A stretch of 63,995 bases of DNA, filler included, from Octopus bimaculoides (lineage: Eukaryota): the NCBI RefSeq assembly GCF_001194135.2. It is 7 parts of 6 records of this genome, joined end to end, with 100 filler letters (N's around TTAATTAATTAA, not from the genome) between each part and the next. Parts side by side here need not be neighbours in the genome. Positions count along the whole stretch, not along the records: positions 1 to 13,456 come from NC_068982.1; 6 more parts are not named here. One strand, written 5' to 3'. A program made the translations under genes and the position numbers. Numbering within the stretch: position 1 is the stretch's first letter; each line of letters starts with the position of its first letter. Below are positions 1 through 11,226 of the stretch, piece after piece. A model generated the notes under the pieces. That model ran no database searches, was not told where the DNA came from, and saw nothing but the letters and a program-made list of their open reading frames with translations.

Positions 1-36
<36 letters not shown>

Positions 37-37
<1 letters not shown>

Positions 38-268
38 GAAGGCGCATGTGTTCTTGAGCAAGACACTTTAGAAATGAGTTGTGACCTCACAGGTGCCAAG
101 CTGTATCGGCCTTTGCCTCTCTCTTGGATAACACTGCTGGCATGGAGAGGGGAGACTGGTATGTATGGGCGACTACTGGTCTTCCATAAACAACCTTGCC
201 CGGACTTGTGCCTGGGAGGGTAACTTTCTAGGTGCAATCCCATGGTCAGTCATGACCGAAGGGGGTCT
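37..268 (+). mobile_element. SINE fragment (internal/3' part of a tRNA-SINE family)
   Basis: Starts with the TGTGTTCTTGAGCAAGACACT core block, which recurs at about 13965, 35905 (reverse) and 42247. Flanked on the left by (TA)n. Confidence 0.6.
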
Positions 269-837
269 CAGCATATATATACATCTAACCCATGCAAGCA
301 TGGAAAAATAGACATAAAAGCAAACAGACACACATACAAACAGTATTCGTGTGCACATATTGTTGCATATATGTATATGCACACCTATAGATTTACAAAC
401 TCATAGATCAAGGTACACGCTGACATTTTCATAAAGAATAGAACAAACATACTCAAATACATAAAAGTATATATAACATATTAGGACAGTTAGTATTTGT
501 TCCAGTTTTCTATGTCTGAGTTCAAGTCCTTCCAAAGTCAATCTTGCAAGTGTTGATTGCCAGAGTCATTAGAATACTGCATAAGATGTCTTGTGGAATC
601 TGTTCCAACTCTTTCTATTCTGAGTTTAGATTCTGCATTGGTGCCAATGAGCATGGGTAATCACCTGACCCCTGGAGCATCTGTCTAATCGGCTAATATT
701 AGACAAGCAGGCCTACAATGTGCAATGATATATTCTTTATATTATTTATGCCCACGGGCATATGGCATAGTGGTTAAGAGCGCAGGTTACTAACCCCAAG
801 GTTCCGAGTTCGATTCCAGGTAATGACATGAATAATA

Positions 838-879
<42 letters not shown>

Positions 880-926
880 TCGAAAAATACCTTAGGAATG
901 AGAACCCAGGTTCGAAATTTCCCCAA

Positions 927-972
927 GACACCTGAAGAAGGCTGGAGGGTATATCAGCTGAAACATTGTATT
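927..972 (+). ncRNA. Decayed minimal Type I hammerhead ribozyme
   Basis: GACAC-CUGAAGA-A-GGCUG(10-nt loop)CAGCU-GAAAC-AUU-GUAUU. Core and stem II are present. Stem III and stem I carry transitions (ACAU where ACGU is expected; GUAUU where GUGUU is expected). Confidence 0.6.
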
Positions 973-987
973 AACAACAAACAAGAT

Positions 988-1443
988 CATCATCATCATC
1001 AGAATCATCATTTAACGTCCGTTTTCCATGCTTACATGGGTTGGACAATTTGACTGGGGACTGACGAGCCAGATGGCTACACCAGACTCCAGTCTGATCT
1101 GGCAGAGTTTCTACAGCTGGATGCCCTTCCTAACGCCAACCACTCCAAGAGTGTAGTGGGTGCGTTTTACGTACCACTGGCATGAGGGCCAGTCAGGCGG
1201 TACTGGCAACGGCCATGCTCAAATGGTGTTTTTTACGTGCCACCTGCACAGGAGTCAGTCCAATGTGTTGTTCACATGCCACCGGCAACGAGTGCCAGTA
1301 AGGCGAAGCTGGAAATGATCACGCCCAAATGGTGCTTTTTACACGCCACCGGCACGGGAGCAAGACTGCTGCTCTGGCAGTGATCCTGCTCAGATGGTGC
1401 TGTTAGCACTCTACTGGCACGGGTGCCAGTCATCGAATTTGGT
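988..1443 (-). mobile_element. RTE LINE 3' end/3'UTR with (GAT)n tail and ~66-bp tandem units
   Basis: CATCATCAT...TTTAACGTCCGTTTTCCATGC start is shared with 5160, 12228 and 37270. The copy at 5160 runs directly into RTE ORF sequence. Confidence 0.8.
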
Positions 1444-1524
1444 TCAAATATCCGTCAAATGTAAATAATCTAAATAATGTACATAGTTCCTCATCTCTTA
1501 AATATAGAACTGGATGACATATTG

Positions 1525-1715
1525 GTTTCGAAATTTGGTACAAGGCCAGCAAGTTTCAGGAAGTTTGTAAGTCAGTTACATCGACCCCAGTGTTCAAATG
1601 GTACTTATTTTATCAACTCTGAAAGGATGGGAAGTAAAGTCAGCCTCAGAAGAACTTGAACTCAAAGCATAAAGTTGGGAGAAATGCTACTAAGTTAACG
1701 ATTCTGTCAGCTCAC
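1525..1715 (-). mobile_element. Short tRNA-derived SINE (family D, ~200 bp)
   Basis: CGACCCCAG...GGTACTTATTT...GAAAGGATG...AAAGTC...TTGAACTC blocks match the better-preserved copy at 45345-45545. Confidence 0.75.
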
Positions 1716-4399
1716 CACCTCATATGAGCAATGACATATTGAGACAGTGTTGAGTTAGGGACTGAAAATGACTGAACAGAATGGAATATATGGAATTCAT
1801 ATGCACATAAATATTCTGAAAAAATATAATCATATACAAACAAACACAGAAATCAAACGTACACCACATATGTTCTTGACAAGAACAGGCACCAAAATAA
1901 ACCAAGACTGCTTGGCTATATAAAGCATAAAATTATTTACAAGATTTTTTTTATTATTTTTTTATTTTATTTTATTTTATTGTACGCTGCAAAGAAGACA
2001 GCTTCAGTTCACTTTGAAAAAAAAATCTATTGTATAAAAGCATTTGTTCACTCATCACAGATACACACCGTCTATAGAAANNNNNNNNNNNNNNNNNNNN
2101 NNNNNNNNNNNNNNNNNNNNNNNNNNNNNNNNNNNNNNNNNNNNNNNNNNNNNNNNNNNNNNNNNNNNNNNNNNNNNNNNNNNNNNNNNNNNNNNNNNNN
2201 NNNNNNNNNNNNNNNNNNNNNNNNNNNNNNNNNNNNNNNNNNNNNNNNNNNNNNNNNNNNNNNNNNNNNNNNNNNNNNNNNNNNNNNNNNNNNNNNNNNN
2301 NNNNNNNNNNNNNNNNNNNNNNNNNNNNNNNNNNNNNNNNNNNNNNNNNNNNNNNNNNNNNNNNNNNNNATATATACATACATACATACATACATATATA
2401 TATATACATATATAAATATACACACACACACATACACACAAACACACACATATATACATATATATATATATTTATATATGAATAGATAACACAAAATTCT
2501 CTAAGACAACCAAAAATCTTTACCAAGCCCAGATTTGCAAGAATTTATTAATCTCTAGTGGCAGAACAGTTTCAAACTCAAACTCCACAATTTCTCAAGA
2601 AAGAACCACATTATATAACAGTTAAAGCAGAGCAGATAGCATAATCATATAGGTTGTATTTTTCTGGTTTCAGATGTCAGTAATGTTTTGGAACAAATTC
2701 TCATAGAGGGATATATGATTATTGCTAAAGAAATGTTACGACATAACTTCCACACAGCAAGAACTTGTTTTTCTCTCACTTCTCTGCACTAGCATGGTTG
2801 AATGCTAAGACTGCATTTTAAAATCAAATATTTATATCTAAAAGCTGCAATATTTTTGAACAAAACTGGTTACAATATGCTTATCTTAAACTGCAATATC
2901 TAAGAATTTTGAAGAAGTTTTAAGAATGGTTTATAAGGGACCAAAACCATGCTGGTTTGGTTAATTGGTGAACTTACTGAATCATTAGAGTATTGGACAG
3001 CATGTTTCATGATATTTGTTCCAACACTCAGCACACTGAGTTCAAATTCCACGAAGGTCATTATTTACCTTTCCTTCTTTTGAGATTAATAAAAATGTAA
3101 CAAATCTATGTTTTTTGAATTGGTGAAACTATAAGAACATTCGACCAGAAGCCTTGTGGTATTTTTCCAGCTCTTTACTTTCTGGACTCAGATCCCTCCA
3201 TGACATACTTGAGTGGTAGACTTTGCTTATCACTTAGTTTAACATTACCACCAGGCACTTTGAGTGACTTCAGCAGTTCAACTCTGTTGCAAGAATTCAG
3301 AACAGTTTTGGGGTATCTGTTTGAAGATAGCTTTCTCCCTCCTTACCACCAGTCTTGGAGGCCCTATTACAAATCAATGCATTTATGAAATGTAAAATTA
3401 CTCAAGCCCCATCCCTGAGAGAAAGGGACATGTGTTCTTTCAGACCTCACTCCAGTGGGAAGTCTAAAAGTTGCAAGACAATTGGTAAACAAAGAAGAAA
3501 AGGAAAATATAAAGCGTCCCTAATGGAAACAACATAAATTCCTCTTTTGAATAAAATCCAATTTGGATCCCCAAATTTTACTATGTTGGCAGCCAGGAAG
3601 AGTCACAGTGACCAACAACAGGTGGAATGAATACTTCAGCTAGATTTTCAACTCTTTATCAACAAATGAAAATAGTTCATACTGGGAGAAATCTCTCAGC
3701 AGTCATCACCATCAGTTTTTTTACATTTGTTTTTCCAAGTTGGCATGGGTTGGACGGTTTTACTGAGGCAGTAATTAATAGCCAGATACCTTTCTGATTA
3801 CTATCCCTTTTAGTCACTTCTTATGACACTCAGTGATGCAGTGTATCTTCTCTAAAACCAGGATATACATAGAAAAAGTATCCAAGTTTTCATCTTACAT
3901 ACAAACTCAGCATATTCATGTCTATAGATGAAGTTTCAAACACCATAAAACAGATTAGCTGCAGCAAAACGTATTTTAAAGGTAGAATATTTTCTGGAAT
4001 ATATATTCCAAACTGACATAAAAACATTGGAAATACTTCACACCTAAACTAACATCAAGGAAGAAGCTGAGATATCATTAGACATCTGAAGCACTAACAT
4101 ATCCATGTTTTTCTGGAATAAAGTAGCATGTGTTTCATTACTGTCTATAACTAAAAAAGCCCTAACTCTTACCATCAATAATCTCACAAAAATAACTCTA
4201 AGTTACAATGTTATGTTTCAACTTGATCAAAGTATAATGGACATGGATGGACACAATTAGACTGGTGCAGGAAAGATGCAATGAATAAAAGACAAATATT
4301 TATGTTATTTACATAGATCATTCCAAAGTTTTGGGTTTCTCAGAGGCAGTGAATTATCCCCAGAAAGCAAAGCTGCCCCCCAGAATTTCATAATAATTA

Positions 4400-4500
4400 T
4401 CGTCAAACATGAACTCACTGAAGACTTCTATATCCATTAGTAGCATGCAACAAGGATGCATGCTCTCACCCATTCTCTTTGTGCAGATCATGATGAATGC
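4400..4500 (+). mobile_element. Non-LTR reverse transcriptase remnant
   Basis: Translates to SISSMQQGCMLSPILF, resembling the GVRQGCxLSPxLF motif of LINE RTs. Confidence 0.6.
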
Positions 4501-4787
4501 AGAGACCTGAACCAACCCCAGCCATCTCTCCTTCTCTCTCAAATACACTCCCACTCAGTTGAGGGGGCCGTTTCGTTTCTTTTGTTTCCATTGTCTTGCA
4601 AATTACATGACAACTTCACAAGTACCAGTGTCAAAGAAAAAAAGCAGCCAGTACACACTGTAAAATGGCTGACATTGGGAAGAGCATCCAGCTGTAGAAA
4701 TCATGCCAAAGCTGACACTGGGGCCTGACAGCTGAGCATACATACATACACATATACACACATGCACATAAAAAAACACACACACAC

Positions 4788-4826
<39 letters not shown>

Positions 4827-5159
4827 TAGATAGATAGATAGATAGATAAAACATTGCTTAGATATTTACTGTTCAGTCTACAAGGACATGTTGTGGAGAC
4901 TAGGATGCTGCAGAAATTTATTCTTCGTTTGTTTTTTTAATGAGGACTATGCTTGTATAGCAAATCAAAAGATCAATCACTGTGTTATTTTGAGCAAATT
5001 TGACAAAACTTAATAGCCATTAGCTCTTCTATCATCCTATCATTACCAGAATGTACTCTTCCATAGCTATGTAGCACCGTTAAAAGCATGCTCATGAGAT
5101 TAGTGAGCAATCTAGAAATCATGGGGTACCATTCTCAAATGGTTGACCTCTAACCTCAG

Positions 5160-5935
5160 TCATCATCATCATCATCATCATCATCGTTTAACGTCCGTTT
5201 TCCATGCTGGCATGGGTTGGACGGTTTGACTGAGGTCTGGAGAGCCAGAGGTTGTGCCAGGCTCCAATCTGATTTGGCAATGTTTCTACAGCTGGATGCC
5301 CTTCCTAACACCAACCACTTTGAGTGTGTAGTGGGTGCTTTTTATGTGTCACTGGCACAGGAGCCAGTCAGGCAGGCCTGGCATCAATCACATTCAGATA
5401 GTGCTTTTTACATGTCACCAGCATTGGGGCCAGTCAGTGGGTACTGGTATCGGCCACATTCAGATGATGCTTTTCACGTACCACTGGCATGGGGGCCAGT
5501 CAGGCGGTCCTGGCGTCGATCACGTTCAGATAGTGCTTTTTATGTGCTACCAGCACAGGAGCTAGTCAGGAGGTACTGGCATCAGCTACAGTCAGATGGT
5601 ACTTTTTACCTGTCACCAGTCAGGGAGTGGCACTTCCTCACACAGCTATCCTCATCCATACGTAACACATGACCATACCAGCACAGTCATCTCTCTTGCA
5701 CACCACATTTGATGCTTCTTATGTTCAACTTTTCTCTCAGTGTGCTTACACTGACATTACACATCCAGCAGAGCATATTACCTTCATTTCTTTCAAGCCT
5801 ACGCATGTCCTCAGCAGTCATGGCCCATGTTTCACTGCCATGTAGCATGGCAGTTCACACACATGCATCATACAGTCTACCTTTCATCGCTAAGGCCCTT
5901 CGATTCTAGACCTTGCTTCCTTGCTTCAGTGATTG
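5160..5935 (-). mobile_element. 5'-truncated, internally deleted RTE LINE (ORF C-terminus, 3'UTR tandem array and tail)
   Basis: Minus strand encodes RLYDACV*TAMLHGSETWAMTAEDMRRLERNE...GVQERxLCWYGHVLRMDEDSC, then five 66-bp units and (GAT)n. Confidence 0.9.
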
Positions 5936-6585
5936 AAACAATTCAAACAACCAGCCAAGCCATCTATATATCCTACATCAGTGTTCTACTTCACATTAAA
6001 TGACTACCTCTATGCAAAAATTAAAATCTGTGAGGCTGTATTACTTCTACCACAACTACAACTTCAGGGCAATAAACTGTAACCATATAACCAGGAGTGA
6101 TTCCACACAGATACAATTGTATGATGATATCACCAATCAGAAAGTCCAACAGAGAGTTGGCTGTATTAGTATATAAGTAAAGATCTTGAAGTAGAAGAGT
6201 TCTAAAGAAATGGGTCCATCATATGCATGAAAGAATCAGATTTCCCAGATAGATTCTTTATTGCTAATGGGTGGATGGCTTTCATAAATAGTATCACCTA
6301 ATGAAGAGACAGAAGATCAACATTAGAAATAATATTGAATACCTCTTGAATCCCAGGAGACTGAAGAAGTTGAAACTGAAAGGAATATTTTATATTGAGG
6401 GATTAGGAATAAAGAAATGAATTTTGAGGAGTGAATCATTCATTTTCAAATATGGCCTGTGAAAATCACAACAATAGTATATCTGCCCAAACTCTGTGCA
6501 CTGACTTTCCTTATATCAGTCAAAATTGATGCTGTAATTTGCAGTTTGATCTTCACAGACTAGTGAATTTTTTCCTTGGTCTATA

Positions 6586-6978
6586 TTTGTTGTTGTTGTT
6601 GGCACTCCATCACTTACGATGTCGAGGGTTCCAGTTGATCTGATCAATGGAACAGCCTGCTCGTGAAATTAACATGCAAGTGGCTGAGCACTCCACAGAC
6701 ACATGTACTCTTAACGTAGTTCTCGGGTATATTCAGCGTGACACAGTGTGACAAGGCTGGCCCTTTGAAATACAGGTACAACAGAAACAGGAAGAAAGAG
6801 TGAGAGAAATTTGTGGTGAACGAGTACAGCAGGGTTCGCCACCATCCCCTGTCGGAGCCTCGTGGAGCTTTAGGTGCTTTCGCTCAATAAACACTCACAC
6901 GCCCAGTCTGGGAATTGAAACTGCGATCCTATTACCGCGAGTCCACTGCCTTAACCACTGGGCCATTGCGCCTCCACT
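6586..6978 (-). mobile_element. tRNA-derived SINE (family B, ~390 bp)
   Basis: Minus strand GGAGGCGCAATGGCCCAGTGGTTAAGG (A-box) and GCAGTTTCAATTCCC (B-box), with a (CAA)n tail. Colinear with 59382-59745. Confidence 0.9.
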
Positions 6979-7291
6979 CCTTGGTCTATAAGACACAACC
7001 AAAATACATATGTTACATATGTATGTAAGATGCTTTACTCTTGTTGGCCGCGACTATGAAAATTTTGAGAAAAATCAATGACCAGTGTTTTGTTGTCATT
7101 TTTTATGCCCATTTGACTCTGTATATTTACTGCTGAATTCTGTGCAGGAAACATAACTTTAGTTGCACTTGCTCAATTGATTTTGGTAACACATTTTGCT
7201 CATTTACTCATGCTTCAGCTCCATTTTATAGCCTTGAAACAAATTTATATATCAACATCTAAGAATAACAGTTATTTTCACAGTTACTTAC

Positions 7292-7378
7292 CGTCTAGTC
7301 ATTTGTGTCTTTCCACTGCTTGTGTTTAACAAATAAAAGTTAACAATAAACAAACTACTGCCAACCATTGAAAGCAAA
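7292..7378 (-). CDS. Candidate internal coding exon (87 nt, phase 2-2) encoding a hydrophobic, TM-like segment
   Basis: Acceptor CATCCTTTGTTTCAG and donor CG|GTAAGT. One frame is open: LLSMVGSSLFIVNFYLLNTSSGKTQMTR. No homologue recognised. Confidence 0.45.
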
Positions 7379-7980
7379 CTGAAACAAAGGATGATGTGTT
7401 TCATTGTTTTACTCTATTTCAATCAGTTCCTTTTCTCGCCATCTTCAGGTGACCTCTTCCTACATATAAACATATATCCTGACTTAGCTTGAACACAGAG
7501 TCATTATTTATATCACAGTTTTAAATTCAAAAGCCATTTACTTTACTTTTTCTTATTGTTATTGTTTACTGTTCATTTTTTTCTGTATTTATTGTAAGAA
7601 TGGTATTGTTGACTCTCTTTGATAGTTTCTAGATTATTATTATTATTATTATTATTTTGTTACAGCATTCGTTTTGTTGTATCAAAGTTTATTCTTTTCC
7701 TTTTTGTCAATTTTTACCTTTTTTTTTCTTTCCATTTTCTTCTTTTTCTTCTATAAATTTTCATTTCCTCCTCAAACATTTTAATCAAAGTAAAAATTAC
7801 CTACTGTGTTTTCATAGAAAATATTTTCCATTCTATGCTTCCATACATACAAATGTCTTCTTCACATTTAACAATGCCATAATTTTCTTTTTTCTTGAAA
7901 ATGTTTCCAGAACATAAAATGTCAAATAACATGCAGATTATGCGTTACTTGCAGACACTAAGTAGATTTATTTTACGCAC

Positions 7981-8028
<48 letters not shown>

Positions 8029-8289
8029 ACACGCACACATATGCACATGTGTAAACACATGTGTGTACACACACATACATTAAATGCCAACCGCACACAT
8101 AAAACCAAAACCAGTTGTGTCGATTTAAATGAAATCATCTACATCTCTGTTATATGTATATACACATCATCATCATCAAAAGCAGTAACAGAATGTTTAC
8201 ATCCAGTTTTCCATGCCTGCATGGGTTGGATGGGTCTTCAAGCTCCCCAACATTACACATCTAGAAAAGCATGATGGTATAATTTATTT

Positions 8290-8960
8290 CTAGCCTTTCT
8301 GTTCATTCTATTCATTCAATTCTGATTGTTTGGTACATTCCAATTGTACATTTGGTACAATTACAGTCTGTTCTTCAATCTGAGATAGAATCCCTTTATT
8401 TCTAGCAAAAGTAACAGCTCACCCCTAGAACTTCTACCCTGCTCAGGAATTCCCCAACCATTCTTATTCTTACTATTATACTTTCAGAGCATCAACCTTC
8501 ACTACTAATTGTGTCACCTAGGTAACATTGAAAGTTGTCAACTTCTGGGGTGTCTTCCAACTGTTTGGAAGAATTTCTTCCTGAGTACTCTTTCTGTTCA
8601 TTGGCCCTGTACTTCTCTTACTCAGGAAGTCGTCTTTCACAGTCAGCTTGCCTGCCATTCCAATACATCTTATGTGTGCATATAATTTACATTGAGTACA
8701 CCATATGGAATTGCACCTTATCCTTTTTTCATATATTGAATCTGACAAATTTCCAAATACCAGTAGAATTCTATCTCCTAAATCCTTTGTCTACACTAGT
8801 TTTAATTTGTGAGCTAAAGATACTAGGCTTTGCTACTTTGTTTTTTATTTCTTCCCTAAATCCGTTGAGTACCAGATTAAGCTACGTCACTGACAAACTA
8901 GAGTTTCATTGAGAGACAGTCTAAACTTTCTTATCATAACCTGGAGAGTTATTTCTCTTC
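8290..8960 (-). mobile_element. Degenerate RTE LINE (RT C-terminus and Cys-rich/PHD-like region)
   Basis: ORF 8518-8748 gives IRCNSIWCTQCKLYAHIRCIGMAGKL. Downstream YLGDTISSEG*CSESIIVRIR matches RTE ORF motifs. Confidence 0.8.
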
Positions 8961-9049
8961 TTCAAGCGGTCATAACTAAGATGTATTCACCATTCCATGT
9001 TGGGGATCTGCACTAGTTTTGGTAGGTCCTTGATTTTAAGTTGTGTGTC

Positions 9050-9610
9050 TTTGAGAATAACAACATCAATGTAGTTATGTGGTCTTTGTCTCTAATATAG
9101 TCAAGTTTTTGGCACAATAGCTGGGGCCAGCAAAGCCTGTCCCCATTGATCAGTTACAGTAGAAATGAATGGAATGTGTTGAGAAGTCTTCTCTTAGATC
9201 TTGTATTTACATAATGAGATGTTTTGAGCCCCAGTGGAAGCATACCATATGTAACATGAAGGCAATCTTATAACTCTTTCATAGTCCAGGTTGCTGCTCT
9301 ATAGTGAAGAATGCTTTCTACACATGCTCTGAAAAGAGCAAGCCTGGTTAACATTGAAATACTTGGTTGCTAAATCTTTTACAACTTGTTACAGGTACTC
9401 CAGTCACCCCTTTACATTTTAGAAAATCTTCTCGCTGCTAGCAATATTGGACATGAGGTATGTGGGTTGTGTGCCATCACTGTAAAAAATTGGCAGGTGG
9501 TTTTCTTTTTCATGTTCGTTCATTCTTTTTTGCATTGAGAAACAGACTGACTTTGACTGCAACGTTCTGAATGGAGTTTACAAGTTTGGCACATCGAATA
9601 AGCTGTAAGG
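9050..9610 (-). mobile_element. Degenerate RTE-like LINE fragment (second lineage)
   Basis: Frameshifted minus-strand similarity to the RLFRACVESILLYGSETWT region of RTE-type ORFs (CTCTTTTCAGAGCATGTGTAGAAAGCATTCTTCACTATAGAGCAGCAACCTGGACTATG). Confidence 0.6.
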
Positions 9611-9756
9611 AAAAGATTATCAGCATGGTCAAGGTCAGAGAGATGAATATTCTGTTGATAATATATATAATATATATAATATAATGTATAATATAATATA
9701 TATATTATATAGTATATAATATCATTTATTTTATTTTATTTATTTTTATTTTATCT

Positions 9757-9797
9757 AGTTTCAGCTCACAAGCTGTAGCCATGCTGGGGCACCACCA
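9757..9797 (-). mobile_element. Isolated SINE 3' tail
   Basis: GGTGGTGCCCCAGCATGGCTACAGCTTGTGAGCTGAAACTAG plus an A-rich tail, similar to the tail of the family C copy ending near 53750. Confidence 0.6.
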
Positions 9798-9828
9798 TTT
9801 AAAAAACTTCTATTAGAAAACGAGAAGT

Positions 9829-9894
9829 TGGAGAATCTGAGTATCGATCCCGGTACCTCTTGCATGCTAAGCGAGCACTCTACCATCTGAGCTA
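9829..9894 (-). pseudogene. tRNA-Ala: tRNA-Ala(AGC) pseudogene, 5' acceptor strand lost
   Basis: TAGCTCAGATGGTAGAGTGCTCGCTTAGCATGCAAGAGGTACCGGGATCGATACTCAGATTCTCCA has D-arm, anticodon AGC (9868-9866), T-arm and 3' acceptor typical of metazoan tRNA-Ala. Stem mismatches are present, there is no CCA, and TTTT lies 8 nt downstream. Confidence 0.85.
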
Positions 9895-9919
9895 TAGATT
9901 TCTACTTATTCTTTTACAA

Positions 9920-10400
9920 CATAAGCATCACCTTACATGCCTTTGAATCAATGCCTGGCCAAGAGACTTTTTGGATTCCATACTTTTCTTCTCCAGATTG
10001 TCTAATATTTCTGGCTCATTTACTTTTCAATTTGACATCACTAATGACCAGTTGAATGGCACATTCTTCAGCACATGAAGACTTAGTATTCACTGCTATG
10101 TGTCTGCTGCATTTCTTGATGTGTATGAAGACAATATGGCTAATATGGTTACCAGAGATGTATGTGATCACCTGATTAGTCAATTTCCTGAAGTTAATGC
10201 TGCAAATAGTTCTCCATAAAGCTCTAAGAACTTTGACCCTACTTCATTCAGTATACCATGACCATAGTAACTATATATATATTGGAATATACATCATGGA
10301 GTTGCCTAATATGTCCATCAAAGTGACCAGCCATGATAATGAGGTCCTGACATTTGTTATCAAGATAGTCAGCAAGTAGACCTCAAAGAAATGGTTCTTT
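9920..10400 (-). mobile_element. RTE LINE apurinic endonuclease domain remnant
   Basis: Minus strand encodes HFDGHIRQ (GDFNGH motif) and LITYISGNH...ILSSY-like and AEECAIQ segments of the RTE APE domain. Confidence 0.7.
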
Positions 10401-10921
10401 TTCTCCAGTGTCTGTCCTGTTTGTGGTATATATTTAGAAACTACTATTACAGCATTTTTGCCTTTGACTAGTCTAAACTTAACTGTTCTGTCATTTCCTC
10501 AGACTATCTCAATTATTTTTTCTATCCATTTCTGTCTAAGCATGCCTACGTAGACTCAGGAATAAGGAATGCATGGGATGCACTTGCACTCCCTAAAATT
10601 TTAGGAGAGCAATGAAAATGCATCGAACATCTTGGGTTGGACCTGGGCTTGCACCCCTAAGCAAATTTTGTTCCCACACTTATGCACGTCTACTCCATCC
10701 ACCAACTCCAAGATACCCAGAAAAATTTGTACATGCATTCCTTGCCTGTGAGATGCCTGGTTTATTACTTCACTTCTTCCCTCTCCCTCCATATTACCTT
10801 TTGTACACAGTTTACATATACGTGTTCTGTTCTATAATCTGCATAATCTCTCTAGATATACCTTTCATCATATCTACACATTGACAGTTGCAACTCAATT
10901 TCTATTTTATGTATCTGAAAG

Positions 10922-10994
10922 GAATCACTTGACAATGGCCAAAGATTTCTCACACCTAACAACTTTTCTACCAAGCGTAACACAAACTATCAGG
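10922..10994 (+). CDS. Candidate internal exon (73 nt)
   Basis: AAG acceptor after a T-rich tract and donor G|GTAAGT. Two frames are open (ESLDNGQRFLTPNNFSTKRNTNYQ or NHLTMAKDFSHLTTFLPSVTQTIR). No homologue recognised. Confidence 0.3.
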
Positions 10995-11136
10995 GTAAGT
11001 GTTAGCACAGCATATATAATTATGGATTTTCATTAATTTGACTTCTATGTTTTTGCTGTGTTTTATACACATGGATTCTCTTCCTTCCAGAAACCACTTC
11101 ACAGCATGGATTGAGTTCATTTTTCTTACCACTCAC

Positions 11137-11159
11137 ATCAGAAAGACTATCTGACAGGA
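11137..11159 (-). CDS. Candidate 23-nt coding microexon
   Basis: Acceptor AATATTTCAG and donor AT|GTGAGT. Frame SCQIVFL+AT joins in phase to the 7378 exon, giving SCQIVFLILLSMVGSSLFIV. Confidence 0.3.
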
Positions 11160-11226
11160 CTGAAATATTTTGTCTACACTGCATCAGTTTTTATACAGAG
11201 TTGCAATTCTCTTGAATATCATTTAT

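Larger units (their letters stand above)
755..1510 (+). mobile_element. tRNA-headed SINE carrying a hammerhead-like motif, interrupted by an RTE 3' fragment
   Basis: A-box TGGCATAGTGG (763-773), B-box GAGTTCGATTCC (806-817), (AAT)n 831-876, hammerhead core 927-972, insertion 988-1443. That 1444-1510 continues the element is inferred. Confidence 0.7.

Noticed and set aside
1061-1080. CTGACGA-GCC-AGAT-GGC
   Set aside because: No GAAA follows. Other copies of this RTE segment read CTGGCGAG/CTGGAGAG, so the match is a chance mutation.
4173-4261. Minus-strand segment with good acceptor and donor
   Set aside because: All three frames contain stops, so it cannot be supported as a coding exon continuing 7292-7378.
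5217-5672. 151-aa ORF with a 22-aa repeat
   Set aside because: It lies antisense to an RTE 3'UTR and reflects the 66-bp tandem unit. The same sequence recurs elsewhere with stops and frameshifts.
7410-7452. Minus-strand CUGAAGA...GAAAU
   Set aside because: No stem II or stem III pairing and no valid cleavage triplet.
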